Of a DNA stretch of 64,000 nt, positions 24,601 to 37,952 are shown one piece after another. Location of the stretch: contig NC_092671.1 of NCBI RefSeq assembly GCF_964355755.1, positions 9,424,001 to 9,488,000 on the forward strand. Direction: 5' to 3'. Origin of the DNA: Antedon mediterranea (Eukaryota; Animalia; Echinodermata). Position numbers and translations under genes: made by a program. The notes under the pieces were generated by a model. The model saw nothing but the letters and a program-made list of their open reading frames with translations, was not told the DNA's origin and searched no databases. Position 1 is the first letter of the stretch. Each line of letters opens with the position of its first letter.

Positions 24601-27600
24601 ATATTCTCTACCGTAACATAATGCAATTTTTTTTATATTATTTTTGTACAAACTTTCAGAAAAGATATAATTTGTTTTTAAATCATTGTAAATCAATAAT
24701 AATATTTTTAAGTAAAATATAATTCTGACTTGCGATTTCTTCAAATCTATATTAAGTTTTTACTTCATTTCTACTGAAGATATAATATATAAGAAGTTTT
24801 GAAGAAAGATAAAGAATTGCAGATATGAAGATGAAGGAACTGATTGCTTTAAAGATAGAGTCGAAGAAAGATCAGACAGAGGTTAAAGGTCAAATTGTTT
24901 AGTACAGTAGTAGATTTTTTAGTTGGGATACATGCATATAAACATCTACAGTATTTACCTGTGATACAAAACAACATTCCAGGTTCTAAACAAAACAATA
25001 AAAACCAGGATTAATAAGGAACAACTGACGACGTGATCATGCCAGCGATGTGATCATGCAAACAACGAGTAATGCGAAGGAATTGATCCTGCACAACAAT
25101 GTGATCATGATACATGATTATGCAGATCAAGTGATCATGCAGGTGGCGATTAATTTCAACCATCTAAATTTCATCGTTCAAATGGTGTCTATAAAATATT
25201 AAATTCATGCCAACTATATCTTCTAATACTATTCTAATTTACTATTCTAATATTATGCAACTTGTTTTGCATGTTTTTTCATTTGTTTATTGTAGATAAA
25301 AGGCATATTATATTCTCATAGCTTTTTACAATTTTAGCAAAAGTAAAACCGTGCAGCACCAGTGGGCTACTTGGAACATTTTGCCATAGGAGTGCTACAG
25401 CTTGTTGGGTATTTTATGTCCAATACTTTCTACAATATGCTTGCTTCAATAAACAAATGGAAATCATGTTCAAATTGCATTCTCTACACTATAAGTAATA
25501 CTAATTTTCTAGGATTTTGTTATGGTAACTAACTACATTTTTATGAGCAATATTAGTAAACTTTTTATACCTTCCTCAGCCTCGGAATATGCACACATTA
25601 GTAGAAAAGTTTAGTATCAAACAAGTGCATTATAATGATATATTGCAAGCGTTAATGAAATTGTAATGTATAAAACACCAAGCAAAATGAAGGATAAATG
25701 TAAAACATTAAAAAATCATTTTTAATTACAATATACTATTTAAAACAACTATTTTATACTGGGGAGTTAGTAGGCATAGGATTAATCGAGAACTTTGTTG
25801 TGTCTCAAAGTTGTCCTCCCCTTAATAGGGGTTCTATAGTTAGCGTATAATAGTTGTTATTGTTTTGTTCTACATGGTAATAACAGTAGCCTATGACTTA
25901 TGAATTATACTAGCAATTATGAAGCACATGGTTGTCATATATCATATTTGTCATGACATTATGAAATGTCACAGAGCTTGTTAATGTCACGACACTAATG
26001 GTTTGTACTTGATAACAAAAATCTTCTTTTACACGTACTGTATCAATAGATTACAAAATCTACTTTAAAAAAATGGATATTTAGAGCATTCCAGTTGAAA
26101 TTTAGGCACTATTTTTTTCCTAGACCTGTGTCCAGATTTAATTATATTAATTATTTGGTTATGCTTCATTCTCTGGAAATTGATTGTACAGACACATGGT
26201 TACGTATTACAGTACGTCTCCATGCCCTTCTTCACTCTTCTTCACTTTCACTCTGCCCTGTGGCCTCCTTCCTTTTTCACTATGCCCTCCTTCACTCTGC
26301 CCTCTTTCACTCTGCCCTGTGGCCTCCTTCCTTTTTCACTATGCCCTCCTTCACTCTGCCCTCTTTCACTCTGCCCTGTGGCCTCCTTCCTTTTTCCCTA
26401 TGCCCTTCTTCCTTTTTCCCTATGCCCTCCTTCACTCTGCCCTCTTTCACTCTGCCCTGTGGCCTCCTTCCTTTTTCCCTATGCCCTTCTTCCTTTTTCC
26501 CTATGCCCTTCTTCCTTTTTCCCTATGCCCTTCTTCCTTTTTCCCTATGCCCTCCTTCACTCTGCCCTCTTTCACTCTGCCCTGTGGCCTCCTTCCTTTT
26601 TCCCTATGCCCTTCTTCCTTTTTCCCTATGCCCTCCTTCACTCTGCCCTCTTTCACTCTGCCCTGTGGCCTCCTTCCTTTTTCCCTATGCCCTTCTTCCT
26701 TTTTCCCTATGCCCTTCTTCACTCTGCCCTCTTTCACTCTGCCCTGTGGCCTCCTTCCTTTTTCCCTATGCCCTCCTTCCCTTTTGCCCTGCACCCTCCT
26801 TTCCTCTGCCCTGCACCTTTTCCCCCCTGCCCTGCACCCTCTTTCCCCTGCCATGCACCCTCCTTCCCCTCTGCCCTACACCCTTCTTCCCTTTACCCTA
26901 CACCCTCCTTCCCCTCTGCCCTACACCCTTCTTCCCCCTGCCATGCACCCTCCTTCCCCTCTGTCCTTCACCCTCCTCCCTTTCCTTCATAGAGCTACCT
27001 CAATCTACACTCACCAAGAAAGGTTAATAATTGCAGATAAGTTCTTTGCCAATAATCCTTACAATTATTTGCAAGTTACAATTTAATGGCCTATCCAGTG
27101 AATCGATTCCTACAGAACTTAATGCATTGCAATTAAGACTGATTGTTTTTTCTTGGATTCAATGTTCTATAATTGTTTTGATCAAGTAGTGTGTAAATTA
27201 GATTAAGCTCACGCTGAATTGACATCCAGTCTGCACGTTCCTGATTATGTTTATTGTTTTTAAGTTATTATTCAAATGTATAGTAGACTAGAAGGCATAT
27301 AATTATGGAACTTTCTATATATTTAAACAGCATAATTTGTGTTGATTGTCTATGTTAAAATTCATTATTAATTTTAGACATTTTAAAATATATTGTGAAT
27401 ATTTTATTGATTCAGATGCCTAAATATTAATTAATATTGTTTATTATGGTGAAATTGATTATTTTAGTTTATTGTTATTCTTCAGTTACTGTATGGTCTC
27501 AATTGTCTGTACACTTAGTTACAATAGAATCCCTATTAAGAGGAGCCTTCAGAAATTGAGTGTCCCATGAATAGGGGTTGGTTGTAGTACAAAACATACT

Positions 27601-30600
27601 GTAAATTGTCATCCATGATTGATTCACAGAAAAGGTGTCCCAAAGGAAGGCCTCTGCTATATTTATATTTGTTCTACAGTATGAATATGCATCTCAAATT
27701 AAAGAAATAAATGAATAATATACAAATAAAATATGAATGTTTCTGCACTCATCCTTGGCATTTCATAGTATTCATTGATGGATTCAGGAAAATACCACAA
27801 AAATGTAGTTTACTATTTAGTATTGTTCATAAGTCAATAAAAGTTTAACATGAGTAATACAGAAGGGATCAATCTAATCCTCTAATAAGAAGGATGGAGA
27901 TAATCCATTATTGTTTATTTCAATTGTGTCTGGTTTTGTGGTCTGTTGTTGATTTGTGGAAAAGTTTAGTCTAAACTTTTCGATGCATTCAGAGTTTTTT
28001 TCTTCAAGTGTTTAAGTAAGTGCTAATGATAGTAGATGACATTATGTACTTTTATTTAAATTCTACAATAGGTAGTGTTAAATGTTCTAGATTGAATGTC
28101 AGAGATTTAGCGGATTTTTCTAAGTCGCCTTTGTTGGGTTCTTGTAGAAAGCATTAATGAGATTGGATTATGAGATAAGAATCAAGAATAAATATTAGAA
28201 AAAAAGATAGATAACTGTCAAAGGTGGCAATTAGCGTTTCATAGATTAGTATAGCAGTTGAAATTCAATTTTAGTAACATTTATAAAACATTTTAAGCAC
28301 AGCAAATCTACAACTATACTTTAATATACTTACTCTTTTCATTTGGTTTCACTGCTTTAACTTTTGGTGAAAGATAAAAATGTTTTTATAATTGAAACTT
28401 TAAAAAAAGGTAATTGTAGATGTCTCCCCTAAACAGTAAACTACTCAAATAAACCTAAACTTCATTTAGAGTGATCTACTTAGAGATCAAAATATATAAG
28501 ACCCTAGTTTTTTTTAAAGTTCTTTTTTTTAAATGGAGACCTGTGGTTTATAACTCCATTTCTGCATGTGTTAATGTTTCATCTCTAACTGAACCATGGA
28601 GCCTAGCATTATCCTGCCATGGTTCAATACTGTAGACATACATTTCTCTTCAATGTGTTGGATATGACACAACATAAAACCTAGTAGCATTTATTATGTT
28701 ACTTCTCCCATTAGATTTAAGTAGGCAACAGTTTAATGCGTTCTAATTTAGGCTCTCATGTATAACAAGATCATGCAGAGTTGTTAAAATATAAGCTGAC
28801 CGTAAAAATAACATCCCGGATTGGGTACAGTATATTTTGATAATACATCCCCTGCGATTTTTCCTCGGAAGATAAGATATCAGGTAATTAAAAAGAATGC
28901 AGTAAGTAAATTATCTTTAATTAGGGAAGAGTAAAATTTCGTTCTTCTGCAGTTGTAATGATATGGACCTCTTATCTATGACATCTTTTCAGGTGACTTC
29001 AAATATAAACATAATCACGTTTATGATAATTTTATGTTGTACTATTTTTTCAAATTCAAAATAAATAACCGATAAATTAATATTTTTTATTGGTAACGAT
29101 GCATATTCAAATATAAAATTTAAAAAAAAAAGACTAAATTAAATTGCCTGATTATCGTAGAGCAGTTTAACTCAAACACGAAATAGAGATAATTATAGTA
29201 ATCTCAATTTCTTTTTTTTTTACAGAGGTCAATTTATACTTTCTGAATTGGAATTGTGTTACTGTATGTGTGCCATATGATGGCGCACATTAATTGTAAT
29301 TTAGCAAAATATTTGTAATTTCAACATGGATAAATTTGTGGTTTTCCGTACCTAATTTACATGTACCTTCAAACTGAATCTCCAATATTATGGTGTTACT
29401 GTAGATACACAGCGTTTTAAGAATTTTTTGGTAATGTCTTTAAAAAACGTATTTCATATTTCTGAAAGTTTATGCAGTAATTGGAACGATATTTTTAATG
29501 TTGATTCGTCTAATTTCGTATTCATTAACAGAATTGCACGCATAATGAATGTTAAGTACAAGTAAGCAGCGAAACGTGATTAATGACGAACATTCGCATC
29601 GGTATTTGAAGGCTAATAGCAAACATTACTACTTTCTCGAAAGTAATGCTTTTTTTTTTGTGAATTTTTAATATTACATGAAAACTGCCTGAAATATGCT
29701 ATATTTATGGCTACAGAAATATTTTTTTAAATTTTGATTTCAACACAACTATGGGATCATCATATTTTAAAGCCTTGTCTACACTATCAAACTTTATGTG
29801 TCAAAAAAATGTGATGTACCCATATATGGTAGTGATGTGCCCAAATAAGGTAGTAATATGATATCATCTTGTCCACATCACATTTTTTTGTCACATAAAG
29901 TTTGATAGTGTAGACATGGCTTAACCATTGTATTGTAGAACGCATAGTTTATAATAACATAACTAGTAATATATTAGATATAGTAAATAATCAATTTTGA
30001 CTATTATAATATACATACATCCCTGCCTTGCACCAGTGTTACGTGCCCTATTATTCATCTGTAGGTCCACCAAAAGTTACATTATCTAGCCTATAGTGTT
30101 GCACTCAGTGGTTAATAGCCATTCTATAAAATCATTCAGTGTACAATATCTGTACACTGTGTATGTTGCTTATCAATACATTGCATAGTACATGCTATTA
30201 AACATTCATTTGAGCAATTCAGTTAATTTGTGATGTGTGGAGTATATGAACAATTACATCATTCAATTCAAACATAAAACAGTGCACATAACATACATTT
30301 ATATACAGTACCAATTAAAAAATATGAATAAATATTTAACAGAAAGTAAAGATTATCATTTTGAAAAAGCAGTATAGAGCCTTTAGTGCTACAGTGGATT
30401 TTTGGATTGGATATCAGTACAGGATGTCAATTTATACTATTTTTTATGTACAAATTTATTGTAAAAATTAATACAATACTTTCTTAATTAATTTGATATA
30501 CAGTAATGATCTTATTTGCAATTAGCATAAAGTATTTCCACAAAAAAAAAACGAATTGAAATTGATAAATCTGTAACATTGTATTTTGTAAAATGTTTTT

Positions 30601-31330
30601 TTATGTTATATTAAATTTCTACAAAATGCTTCCTTTTTCTTAAAAAAAATGTTTAATTCTGTAAAATACATAAATTTGAATTTTAAAATTGAAATAAAAA
30701 TATAATTAAATATATAATTATTTTGATATCTTGTTATTTATGAGAAGGATGGAACATTCCATTATTATCATTTCACAATTTTGTTCTACAATTTTTCTAT
30801 GTGTGTTGATGGTAATCTAATTCTGTGTTATCAGGGTAAGACCTAGGGATTTTATGGAGTGAGGTCACTAATTATTGAACCTCAACATGTCGTACGCATC
30901 TTATCTACATCACCGCAGGATGCCGAGTTTGTAATCGATACGAGACACGCTTCACATTCTAATAGGTTGACTCACCATTTGGGTCGTCAATGTAGGTGTC
31001 CGTGACAACTGCGACGTCCTCTTCAAAGGCGTCCTCATAAGATGACGATTTTGGAATAGTGGAATGCAAGCTGGGTAATTCATCTCCCTCTGAATCTATT
31101 TTTTCGGCTTCTGCCTCTTCTGCCTCTTCTGCTTGTTTCATTTCTGATTCGACGATGGGCTCTCCCGAGTCCGCTGCCATTTGAAGATTCTTTAAATTTA
31201 AGTTCTCATTCATATCTATTTGGTTGTGATCGCCATTGGCAACAAGATGATCGCCATTTATCAAATCTTCTTGTAAACTTCCTCCATTGTCCATCCCTCC
31301 ATTGGCTGTTATGACATCCATGTCGGCCAT
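12617..31330 (-). CDS. Tau/MAP2/MAP4-family microtubule-associated protein with 11 tubulin-binding repeats plus R'
   Basis: In-frame GT-AG exons: 31330-30976 (acidic N-terminus), 22841-22378, 22253-22212, 21798-21747 (Pro/SP-rich), 21502-21378 (R1 [19 protein letters not shown]), 20406-20325 (R2 [15 protein letters not shown]), 19753-19644 (R3), 19157-19062 (R4), 16722-16627 (R5), 14615-14520 (R6), 14013-13918 (R7), 13748-13368 (R8-11) and 12703-12617 ([19 protein letters not shown], cf. tau IETHKLTFRENAKAKTDHG). Confidence 0.92.
12999..13087 (-). pseudogene. Degenerate duplicate (pseudoexon) of the R6 repeat exon
   Basis: Reads [24 protein letters not shown], then a 1-nt deletion (CCTAGGGTGGCAAT vs CCTAGGGGTGGCAAT in R6). 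It is 89 nt, has an in-frame TAG, and still carries AG/GT ends. Confidence 0.8.
14698..14856. repeat. 24-bp minisatellite (~6.5 copies) with palindromic core CTGACCTGAGGTCAG
   Basis: Unit AATAACTGACCTGAGGTCAGCTGC with small variants. Confidence 0.9.
20044..20163. repeat. 52-bp inverted repeat with 16-nt loop
   Basis: 20044-20095 is the reverse complement of 20112-20163 except for one position. Confidence 0.9.
20537..20820. mobile_element. Degraded partial copy of the MITE family at 5882-6391
   Basis: GTTTTCGCAACCTT...AAACTTTTGAGCTGATCCCCTTTCATATTC is the reverse complement of the right part of the 5882-6391 element. Confidence 0.6.
20941..21245 (+). mobile_element. tRNA-derived SINE, near full length
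   Basis: A-box-like TGGCGCAGTGTG, B box GGTTCGAATCC, core TCCTTAGGCAAG...CCACCCAGGTGTATAAATGGGTACC, L2-type end GCGCTATATAAG and (TAT)n tail. Confidence 0.8.
26220..26990. repeat. Pyrimidine-rich compound minisatellite (~770 bp)
   Basis: Interleaved units such as TTCACTCTGCCCT, GTGGCCTCCTTCCTTTTTCCCTATGCCC and, distally, CCCTGCACCCT variants. Confidence 0.95.
27521..27660. mobile_element. Short dispersed repeat, probably a TA-flanked Tc1/mariner-type MITE (relatives near 9680, 25790, 43300, 49697)
   Basis: Shared core GTGTCCC(C)TTAATAG(A/G)GG...GGTTGTAGTA...GTGTCCCCAAAG with degenerate TACAGTAGA/TCTACTGTA-like ends. Confidence 0.5.
29771..29921. mobile_element. PIF/Harbinger-type MITE (family A)
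   Basis: TIR AGCCTTGTCTACACTATCAAACTTTATGTG.CAAAAAAATGTGATGT is inverted at the right end. Both flanks are TAA. Confidence 0.85.
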
Positions 31331-32920
31331 TTTGTTTTGCTACAAAATAATAATAACATAATTACATTAAATTTATCATATTATAATTTGAATGAGCCTA
31401 AAAAAATTGAATTTAACGTAAGGAATTTTGATTCAATTTCTTTTGCTGACATTTAATGTGAAATACATTTTTCAAAACATAAGACTGTACCATTTTTTGT
31501 TTAATACTGTACAATTATTAGGTATATAATCAGTTAGTCAAACTACGAAAAAAGTTAGCCAACCTATAATGATTCAATATTTCAAACTTTATTTGCTTAT
31601 CTTCAAAAAAGTTTATCTGAAAGAGTGAACACAGTTTTCAATATAGAACACTTAACACTAAATTAGAACATGTACTAAACTTTGTTTATACTACTGTATT
31701 TATATTCATTCTTTTGTTGTGTATAGTAGCCTTATGTTGACTCATGTAAGTCTGTCTATAGGTGGATTTATTCCCACTATTGAAAGCCCAATAACTTAAT
31801 CCTAGCTGTATTGTGACACTGTACAACCTTGATAACATTGCCGAAAGTTTTTGTAGCATGTTTTTATTTATGCTAGACATCCGTTATATATTTATTCCTT
31901 TGTATGTTCTGCACTACTTGCTTTGAAATAAAAATATCTCTGTATCATTTAAATTTATTCATTTTTAAAGGAAACTAGTTGTTACAAACAAGACTTTTTG
32001 CTTATGAAGATACCATGCCATTATATAAATATTAACTTCCCGTAGAATAATATTAGATGAGTACAGTGGTCGAAAGGCCGAACAAATCATTTTAATATAG
32101 GTCATACCATCGCTTACGATCTTTAGCTACATCTCTTAAACAACAACAGTATGTCATGCCATTAACTGGGTGTATTTTTATGGTATAATTGTAACAATTA
32201 ATTTTTATTGGTATCTATATATTATATAGTGAAGAGAAACTGTAAACACAACTTTTCTCATGCTTTGCATTGCAGTATATGTTATTTATAGCAATAGGAA
32301 ACATACTTCGTATTATATGAGTCAGGTTTCCTTTCTTTTGCTGCTTCATAATTAATATAGTTCATAGTCTTATGCAAGAGTGCTTGCCATTCTCTACAGT
32401 GTCGAGATTATAATAAGCATCTCTTGTCATACTCTAGAACAAATATTTATATTTTTTTAAAGTAAAAAACGAGGAAACCAATTACAGTACAGTATATGAT
32501 TATTATTTTTTTAACTCAGGAACTACAGTAAAATTTGTTGAAGGCAGAAAGTAGTTTGGCAGATGGAAAAATCAGTATACTGTATGCATAATTTTCAAAT
32601 TCACATAGTGGAAAACAGGCTTGAGGGCATCATATATACTAACTGTACTACTTTTTGTATATTATGCACATTTTTAGAGCATGTTCAGACTCAGAATTTT
32701 ACTTACATGTGTACTGTAGGTACAGTAAACTTAATACTCTAGGTATAAACTAGGTAATTGTTTTTTAAAGCACCCACTACGACACTCCATATACCACATT
32801 ACAAACAATAATGTATGATCACAGAAAAATGTACGATACCAGTCGCTTGGTAACCTACAAACCAATCCAATTGATGGTTGTGACTAAACCAGGGAACCAC
32901 CACCGCATTATCGCCACTGA

Positions 32921-33138
32921 AGCCTGGTTTCCATTAAAATCGCTACAGCGTTTCCATTAAAATCGCTACACGCGCAAATCGGAAAAGTTCAACCATGTTC
33001 AACTTGATTTTGTCGGCGATTAATCGTATACGCGTACCAAAGAATATTTAGCACTCGCGTACTAGATCCCCGATGAATTCTAGCGTTTCCATAAAATCGC
33101 TACGCTCTGTCGTGTAGCGATTTTATGGAAACCAGGCT
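32921..33138. mobile_element. PIF/Harbinger-type MITE
   Basis: TIR AGCCTGGTTTCCAT.AAAATCGCTACA, 3-bp TSD TGA, and internal sub-terminal repeats of GTTTCCATTAAAATCGCTAC. Confidence 0.85.
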
Positions 33139-34940
33139 TGACATATAAAGTGTGAGAATGTCATTAAATACTTAATTTCAATGAAGATATACATTTTTTA
33201 TTAGGTCTGCAAAAGCATGGTAAACTTTTGTATTAAAAATATGATTAGACTCAATTTTTAAATGCATATTCAACATTATATCATAGTAGTAACTGTAGAA
33301 TATGTGACCTTTTTATAAACTGTTCTAAAATATGGATATAATAGTTCAGTTTAATTCCCTCTATCTTTTTGAAAATCCTCTACAACATCCCGCGAGATTA
33401 AGTATGACGTTACTATACCCACACAATCCATCTAACCACTCATTTGTATCCTTTGGAAAGTCTGATATCTGTAACTGAATTAGCTGCTTATTAATTGCAG
33501 TAGTGTGAATTAACAAGGTGATGTACAGTATCTAGGTAATAAGGGATACTGTATGAATGGTTATCAAAACTATTATGTTTAATTATAGACCAAGTGGACT
33601 TGTACTAATTAATAATTGCTTGTTTTTGCCTTGAATATTACTTGTATTACCAGTATTAATAATTTATTATAATTTATCTTTCTGTTTTGAAAATGTTAAT
33701 GATTACTAGTCTTTACCTAATCTTTCCTAGTGAGTGTGCGCAATACTGTACAGTACTATTAAATTAATTGTTTAATCAAATACTACAGTTTACATTACAT
33801 TCATGAACATGGAATGTGATTACAAAAAACATCAATTAATTTGACATTAACTAAAGAAATAACAATATGTAAAGTAACCAAGTCCGTAGCCAAAATTATA
33901 GGGGTTCTTTTTCCGTCAAAATGCAGACCAATATTTGGTTCAGATGCTTAAAAAATAACGTATAGGCCAATATTTCAACAAACTTCAATTTAAACCAAAT
34001 TCTCACATTGATGTATATTTATATACAGTATTAAATATGCCTATTGTAATGAACTTACCTATAAACTTTCTTTGAATGTTTAACACTACTTTTAAAGGCC
34101 TACTATTTGCAAATGATGTACATCTGGGGATATTTTCTGTTTGTGCCGGAACCAATTCTTCTTCAACTCTGCAGGTGGTTCTAATAAAAACAACGCTCCT
34201 AGACTGTTTGCACTCTTTAAGAAATATATCCAAATAGAATAGCTATATAAAATTGATCTATTGTTATGGGTGTCAACAGAAGAGTAATTGCTATTTTGTA
34301 GTGTATTATAAACACTGCTTATTCAAGCATATCTAGACATAAAACATTGTTGACCCTGCTTTGTTGTGATTGGCTAATAAGTAAGTTTGTATACTTCTGT
34401 GTATTGGCTATTATTGAAAACCCTTCTTTTATTCGTAAAGTGCTGTATTACAATGTAGTACATGAAGTTTGTGTGATAATTACCACCAACAAATATAGAA
34501 GTGGAATATGAAAAGGCCACTGCTGAGGATTAACATAGATAACAAAACAAAACATTGTAAAATATTGTGTATTAATTAACTAGAGAAATGTATTATTCTA
34601 TAATATAATTTATCTTTGTCCATGGAAGAGTTCAACAAGTTCTGTTACATCATTGAGTTGTTAAACAAACTTTCTTGTTAGATAGTTTCTCCATTATCAA
34701 TCATATTCTATGATAGTAAAGGATATCTTTTTGTGTTTTGAACCTGTTGGATTGTATACTATGCGCACGTTTGCAGACCAAGATGAACAATTCAAGTATT
34801 CCTAAATTACCTCAAAATAATGTTCAAAGTTAGTGTCACTCAATGATGCCCACCCTAGTGTTCAACACTCATGTCATAATACATATGTATGATAAAGTGT
34901 TTAGCAAGAACAATAATCTTGTAGATATTCTATAATCAAG

Positions 34941-35450
34941 TACAAGATACAAGATACAAGATAACTTTATTGTCAAAATTGTTAACAATTTCGAGATATG
35001 TTTTGTACCTGAGTAGAATAAATAATACGATGTGATAACTATATAAATAAATACAAATGATACAAGTGACTATCTTGAAAAGTTTTTGTTAAATAAATTG
35101 CATGCTATGTACATTGGTGAAAATCTGAAACGATTTGTGGATATTTTTTCCTGTGTCAGTCTAACCCTTCCTGATCTACTTATAATGATGTCTGAATGTA
35201 ATGGGTGTGATGGGTCTTGCATAATTGTGTCAAATTTCTTAAGTATGAATGTATTAAACATTTCATCTAAAGATTTCACTTCTACACCGATAACTCTGCT
35301 GGCCTTGTTTACTAATCTCTGAATTTGACTTTTACTGTTTACATTGATATGAGAAAACCAAACAATAATACAATAAGAAATGATTGATTGAACAACAGAG
35401 GAATAAAACATATGAATGAGATGAGAACTAACATTAAACCGTTTCATTTT
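34941..35450 (-). mobile_element. 3' fragment of a non-LTR retrotransposon (Rex-Babar/L2-group like)
   Basis: ORF end FYSSVVQSIISYCIIVWF...ASRVIG...DPSHPLH...STNRFRFS, short 3' UTR with AATAAA and a (TATCTTG)n tail. Confidence 0.8.
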
Positions 35451-35724
35451 GTATTACTGAAGATTTCTTTCTTCTTCCTAAATTAAAGAGTTATGTAGAC
35501 AGGAATAATAAATATAGATTATATACGACCTGTGATGGATATGCAAATTGAATGTACATTATTTTAGACAAACTTCCATGGCAACGCTGACATGCTTGCT
35601 TGCAGACTATAATTAATCTTGGAGATTTCAATTATCATAACGAAATGTACAATAGCTTGTCACAGTGACATTATAATACTTTAATAAATTTCTATTGTGA
35701 ATTATTTACTAGTTATATCATATT

Positions 35725-35966
35725 GGAGTTGGATAGCCGAGTGGTTAGGACACTTGACTGTCATAGAGATAGACCCGGGTTCAATTCCCGACAAATCCCA
35801 GTCCACTTACAGTAGCTGTAAATGAATACCTAGTTAAAAATACTAGGGAGAAAAAAGGCGGCGTGGAAAGGAACTGGCCACCCTACCACATAATGCCGAG
35901 GCTTAGTACAATGAGCTCCTAACAGCTCATTCCCCTACGTTCAGAATGAACACGGGACTCACCTTT
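35725..35966 (+). mobile_element. tRNA-derived SINE with Nin/Deu-like core
   Basis: A box TAGCCGAGTGG, B box GGTTCAATTCC, then GTCCAC...GCTGTAAATGAATACCT...AAAGGCGGCGTGGAAAGGAACTGGCCACCCTACC. The acceptor stem is not intact, so it is not a tRNA gene. Confidence 0.75.
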
Positions 35967-36354
35967 TATATCATTGTATTGCTTATGTAGGCTTAAATTT
36001 GTGTATCTTTTTAATAAAAATACAGTTTCTACAATTTTGTATCTTATTGTTACTTTATCTGCCAGTTAAGAATGAAACCTGTTCTGTAGGTTTGCTTATA
36101 ATTTTTTTGGTTGTTACAAAATCTTTCTTATACCTATTGTAAAACCAGATGAAATTTACATTTATCCATATTGATATGGTGAATGTAATACTGTGACTTT
36201 AAAAAACATGGTACTATCTTAAATTGATTATATTAAGAAATACTAAAATAAGTGGTATTGATATGATTATCATTTCAAATGCAAATATTTTGTATTTAAA
36301 AAATATACATTCTAAAACCCGGAGCTGCGACTTTTTAATACTTGCTATATTGTA

Positions 36355-36517
36355 AGCTCTGTCTACACCATCAAACTAGTTTGACAAAAAAAGTGAGATG
36401 TGCCCAAATAATTAGTAGTGATATGAGTAAATATGGTAGTGATATGACATCATCATGTCGATATATGGGCACATCAGATTTTTTTGTCACATAAAGTTTG
36501 ATAGTGTAAAGAGAGCT
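36355..36517. mobile_element. PIF/Harbinger-type MITE (family A, second copy)
   Basis: Same TIR as 29771-29921 (AGCTCTGTCTACAC...ATAAAGTTTGATAGTGTAAAGAGAGCT). Confidence 0.8.
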
Positions 36518-37259
36518 TTAAAGACATTGAATTATATTTACAACATAAGGTAAATTGTCTGACTCGACAAAATCATTGATAGGCCAACAAACCCTGGCCA
36601 TTTGTTGCTAATTCAATTAAGCCTAACTCTTTCCTGTATGTGGATAACCTGGACTTTTCTGGCAATTATTTCAGTCATTTAACCTTTTTAGATAGAAATG
36701 TAATAGTTCTCATTTCATTAAGTTTCATTATTTTGTGGTAAAAAATGTACTGTATTGATCGTTTATTTTTATTGGCCAAATCTTGCCAATTTGTTTTTAA
36801 TTGTAAGTTTTATCTTTGGAGGACAAGATTAATTATCACATGCTTTGAGTTGATAAGTTTGTCTTTACTTTCTATTTCGGTAAAAAGTTCATTTTGTTAA
36901 CTTAAAACAAAAATCGATAAACTACCATGCATCAAGCCTGTGGAAAACATTATTTTATGGAGATATGTATTTTTATTAATATTATATTTTATACATAACC
37001 CAGACAACATGTGCAGGTCATGGGGCATACTAATCTTCGTCTCTGACCCCTTTTACATCTGCAACAGGGCATGTTATTCAATTTTTTAAAGTTAAAAATA
37101 GATCATTATATAATTTGGTTTAATAAAATTCATATTAACTTTGTGTATTAACTATACTTTAACATATCTTTTTATTAAGCTAATTTTACTCAGTATAAAA
37201 CTTTATTTTATAGTTACTTTGAAAAAGTTCTTTTATAATCTTTACTTCATATATACTGT

Positions 37260-37346
37260 TTTTAGTCGCGTGGACGCGACTCTATAGTTCACTATGTCGG
37301 TCGGTCTGTCTGTCGGTCCGGTATAACTATGCGTTTTAGCACGCGA
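37260..37346 (+). mobile_element. Minimal Helentron-associated (HINE/DINE-1-like) element
   Basis: Begins in a T-run. TAGTCGCGTG is followed by its local inverse CGCGACT, a (GTCG/GTCT)n microsatellite, a 3' inverse CACGCGACTA, a short hairpin GGC..GCC and a TTGTT end. Confidence 0.6.
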
Positions 37347-37865
37347 CTATGGCTGTTGGCCTTGTTAATGCATCTAGTTGAGCTGGATTTTTTACTAAAA
37401 TACACTTTAACAATTTATAATTCAAAAACACTTTAATAACAATAACACAATTGAATTTAACAATAACAATTATCTTGAATTCATTGTTATTACTCATTTT
37501 TACAAATGTGAAATCCTACTATTCACATAGTGACCTAGGCTTAGAGTAAAGTGCAATTAAAACTACAAGTTTCTTTCTGATAGTATTTAATAATACTTAA
37601 TAGAAAGTTCTTCTCATAACAACACTGACGATAAAATATTAAAAAATCCGGTTCAAATTTATAATTACTAAATACTACTGATTTAAAATTCTTTTTACGC
37701 ATAGTTTATTTCGTACAGACAACTTGTGTACTTTAGGATATTGCATTAGACTGCCTCAGCAAGCTCCATGTTTGATTGCTCTGATATCGTTAGTTAATAT
37801 CCTTTAAAAATGATCAAATCAAACTAAAATCCTTGATTCCCAGACTATTTCCTTAAATTTCTTAC

Positions 37866-37952
37866 CTTGTTCCGTAATATCCCGGTTATAATTCTCCGTG
37901 ATTTTTTATTAGAATCCATGGTAAGGTCGAAGGAAAAGTTTACGCTGCTCAT
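37866..37952 (-). CDS. Candidate alternative first coding exon of the Tau-like gene (MSSVNFSFDLTMDSNKKSRRIITGILRNK)
   Basis: AAC-ATG start, 29 open codons and a strong donor AAG|GTAAG. It splices in frame to the acceptor at 31339 (CAA AAC AAA ATG). Confidence 0.5.

Noticed and set aside
25571-25580. Possible microexon AG|GCTGAGGAAG|GT in the Tau-like intron, with GCATG-like words at 25030-25140
   Set aside because: It is 10 nt and breaks frame, and the polypyrimidine tract is weak. It cannot be supported without RNA data.
26095-27086. Three overlapping 270-310 aa ORFs plus an antisense ORF
   Set aside because: They are stop-free only because of the pyrimidine-rich repeat composition.
35725-35800. 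Possible tRNA gene (also 20941-21010)
   Set aside because: A and B boxes are present but there is no intact cloverleaf, and the sequence continues into SINE core and tail.
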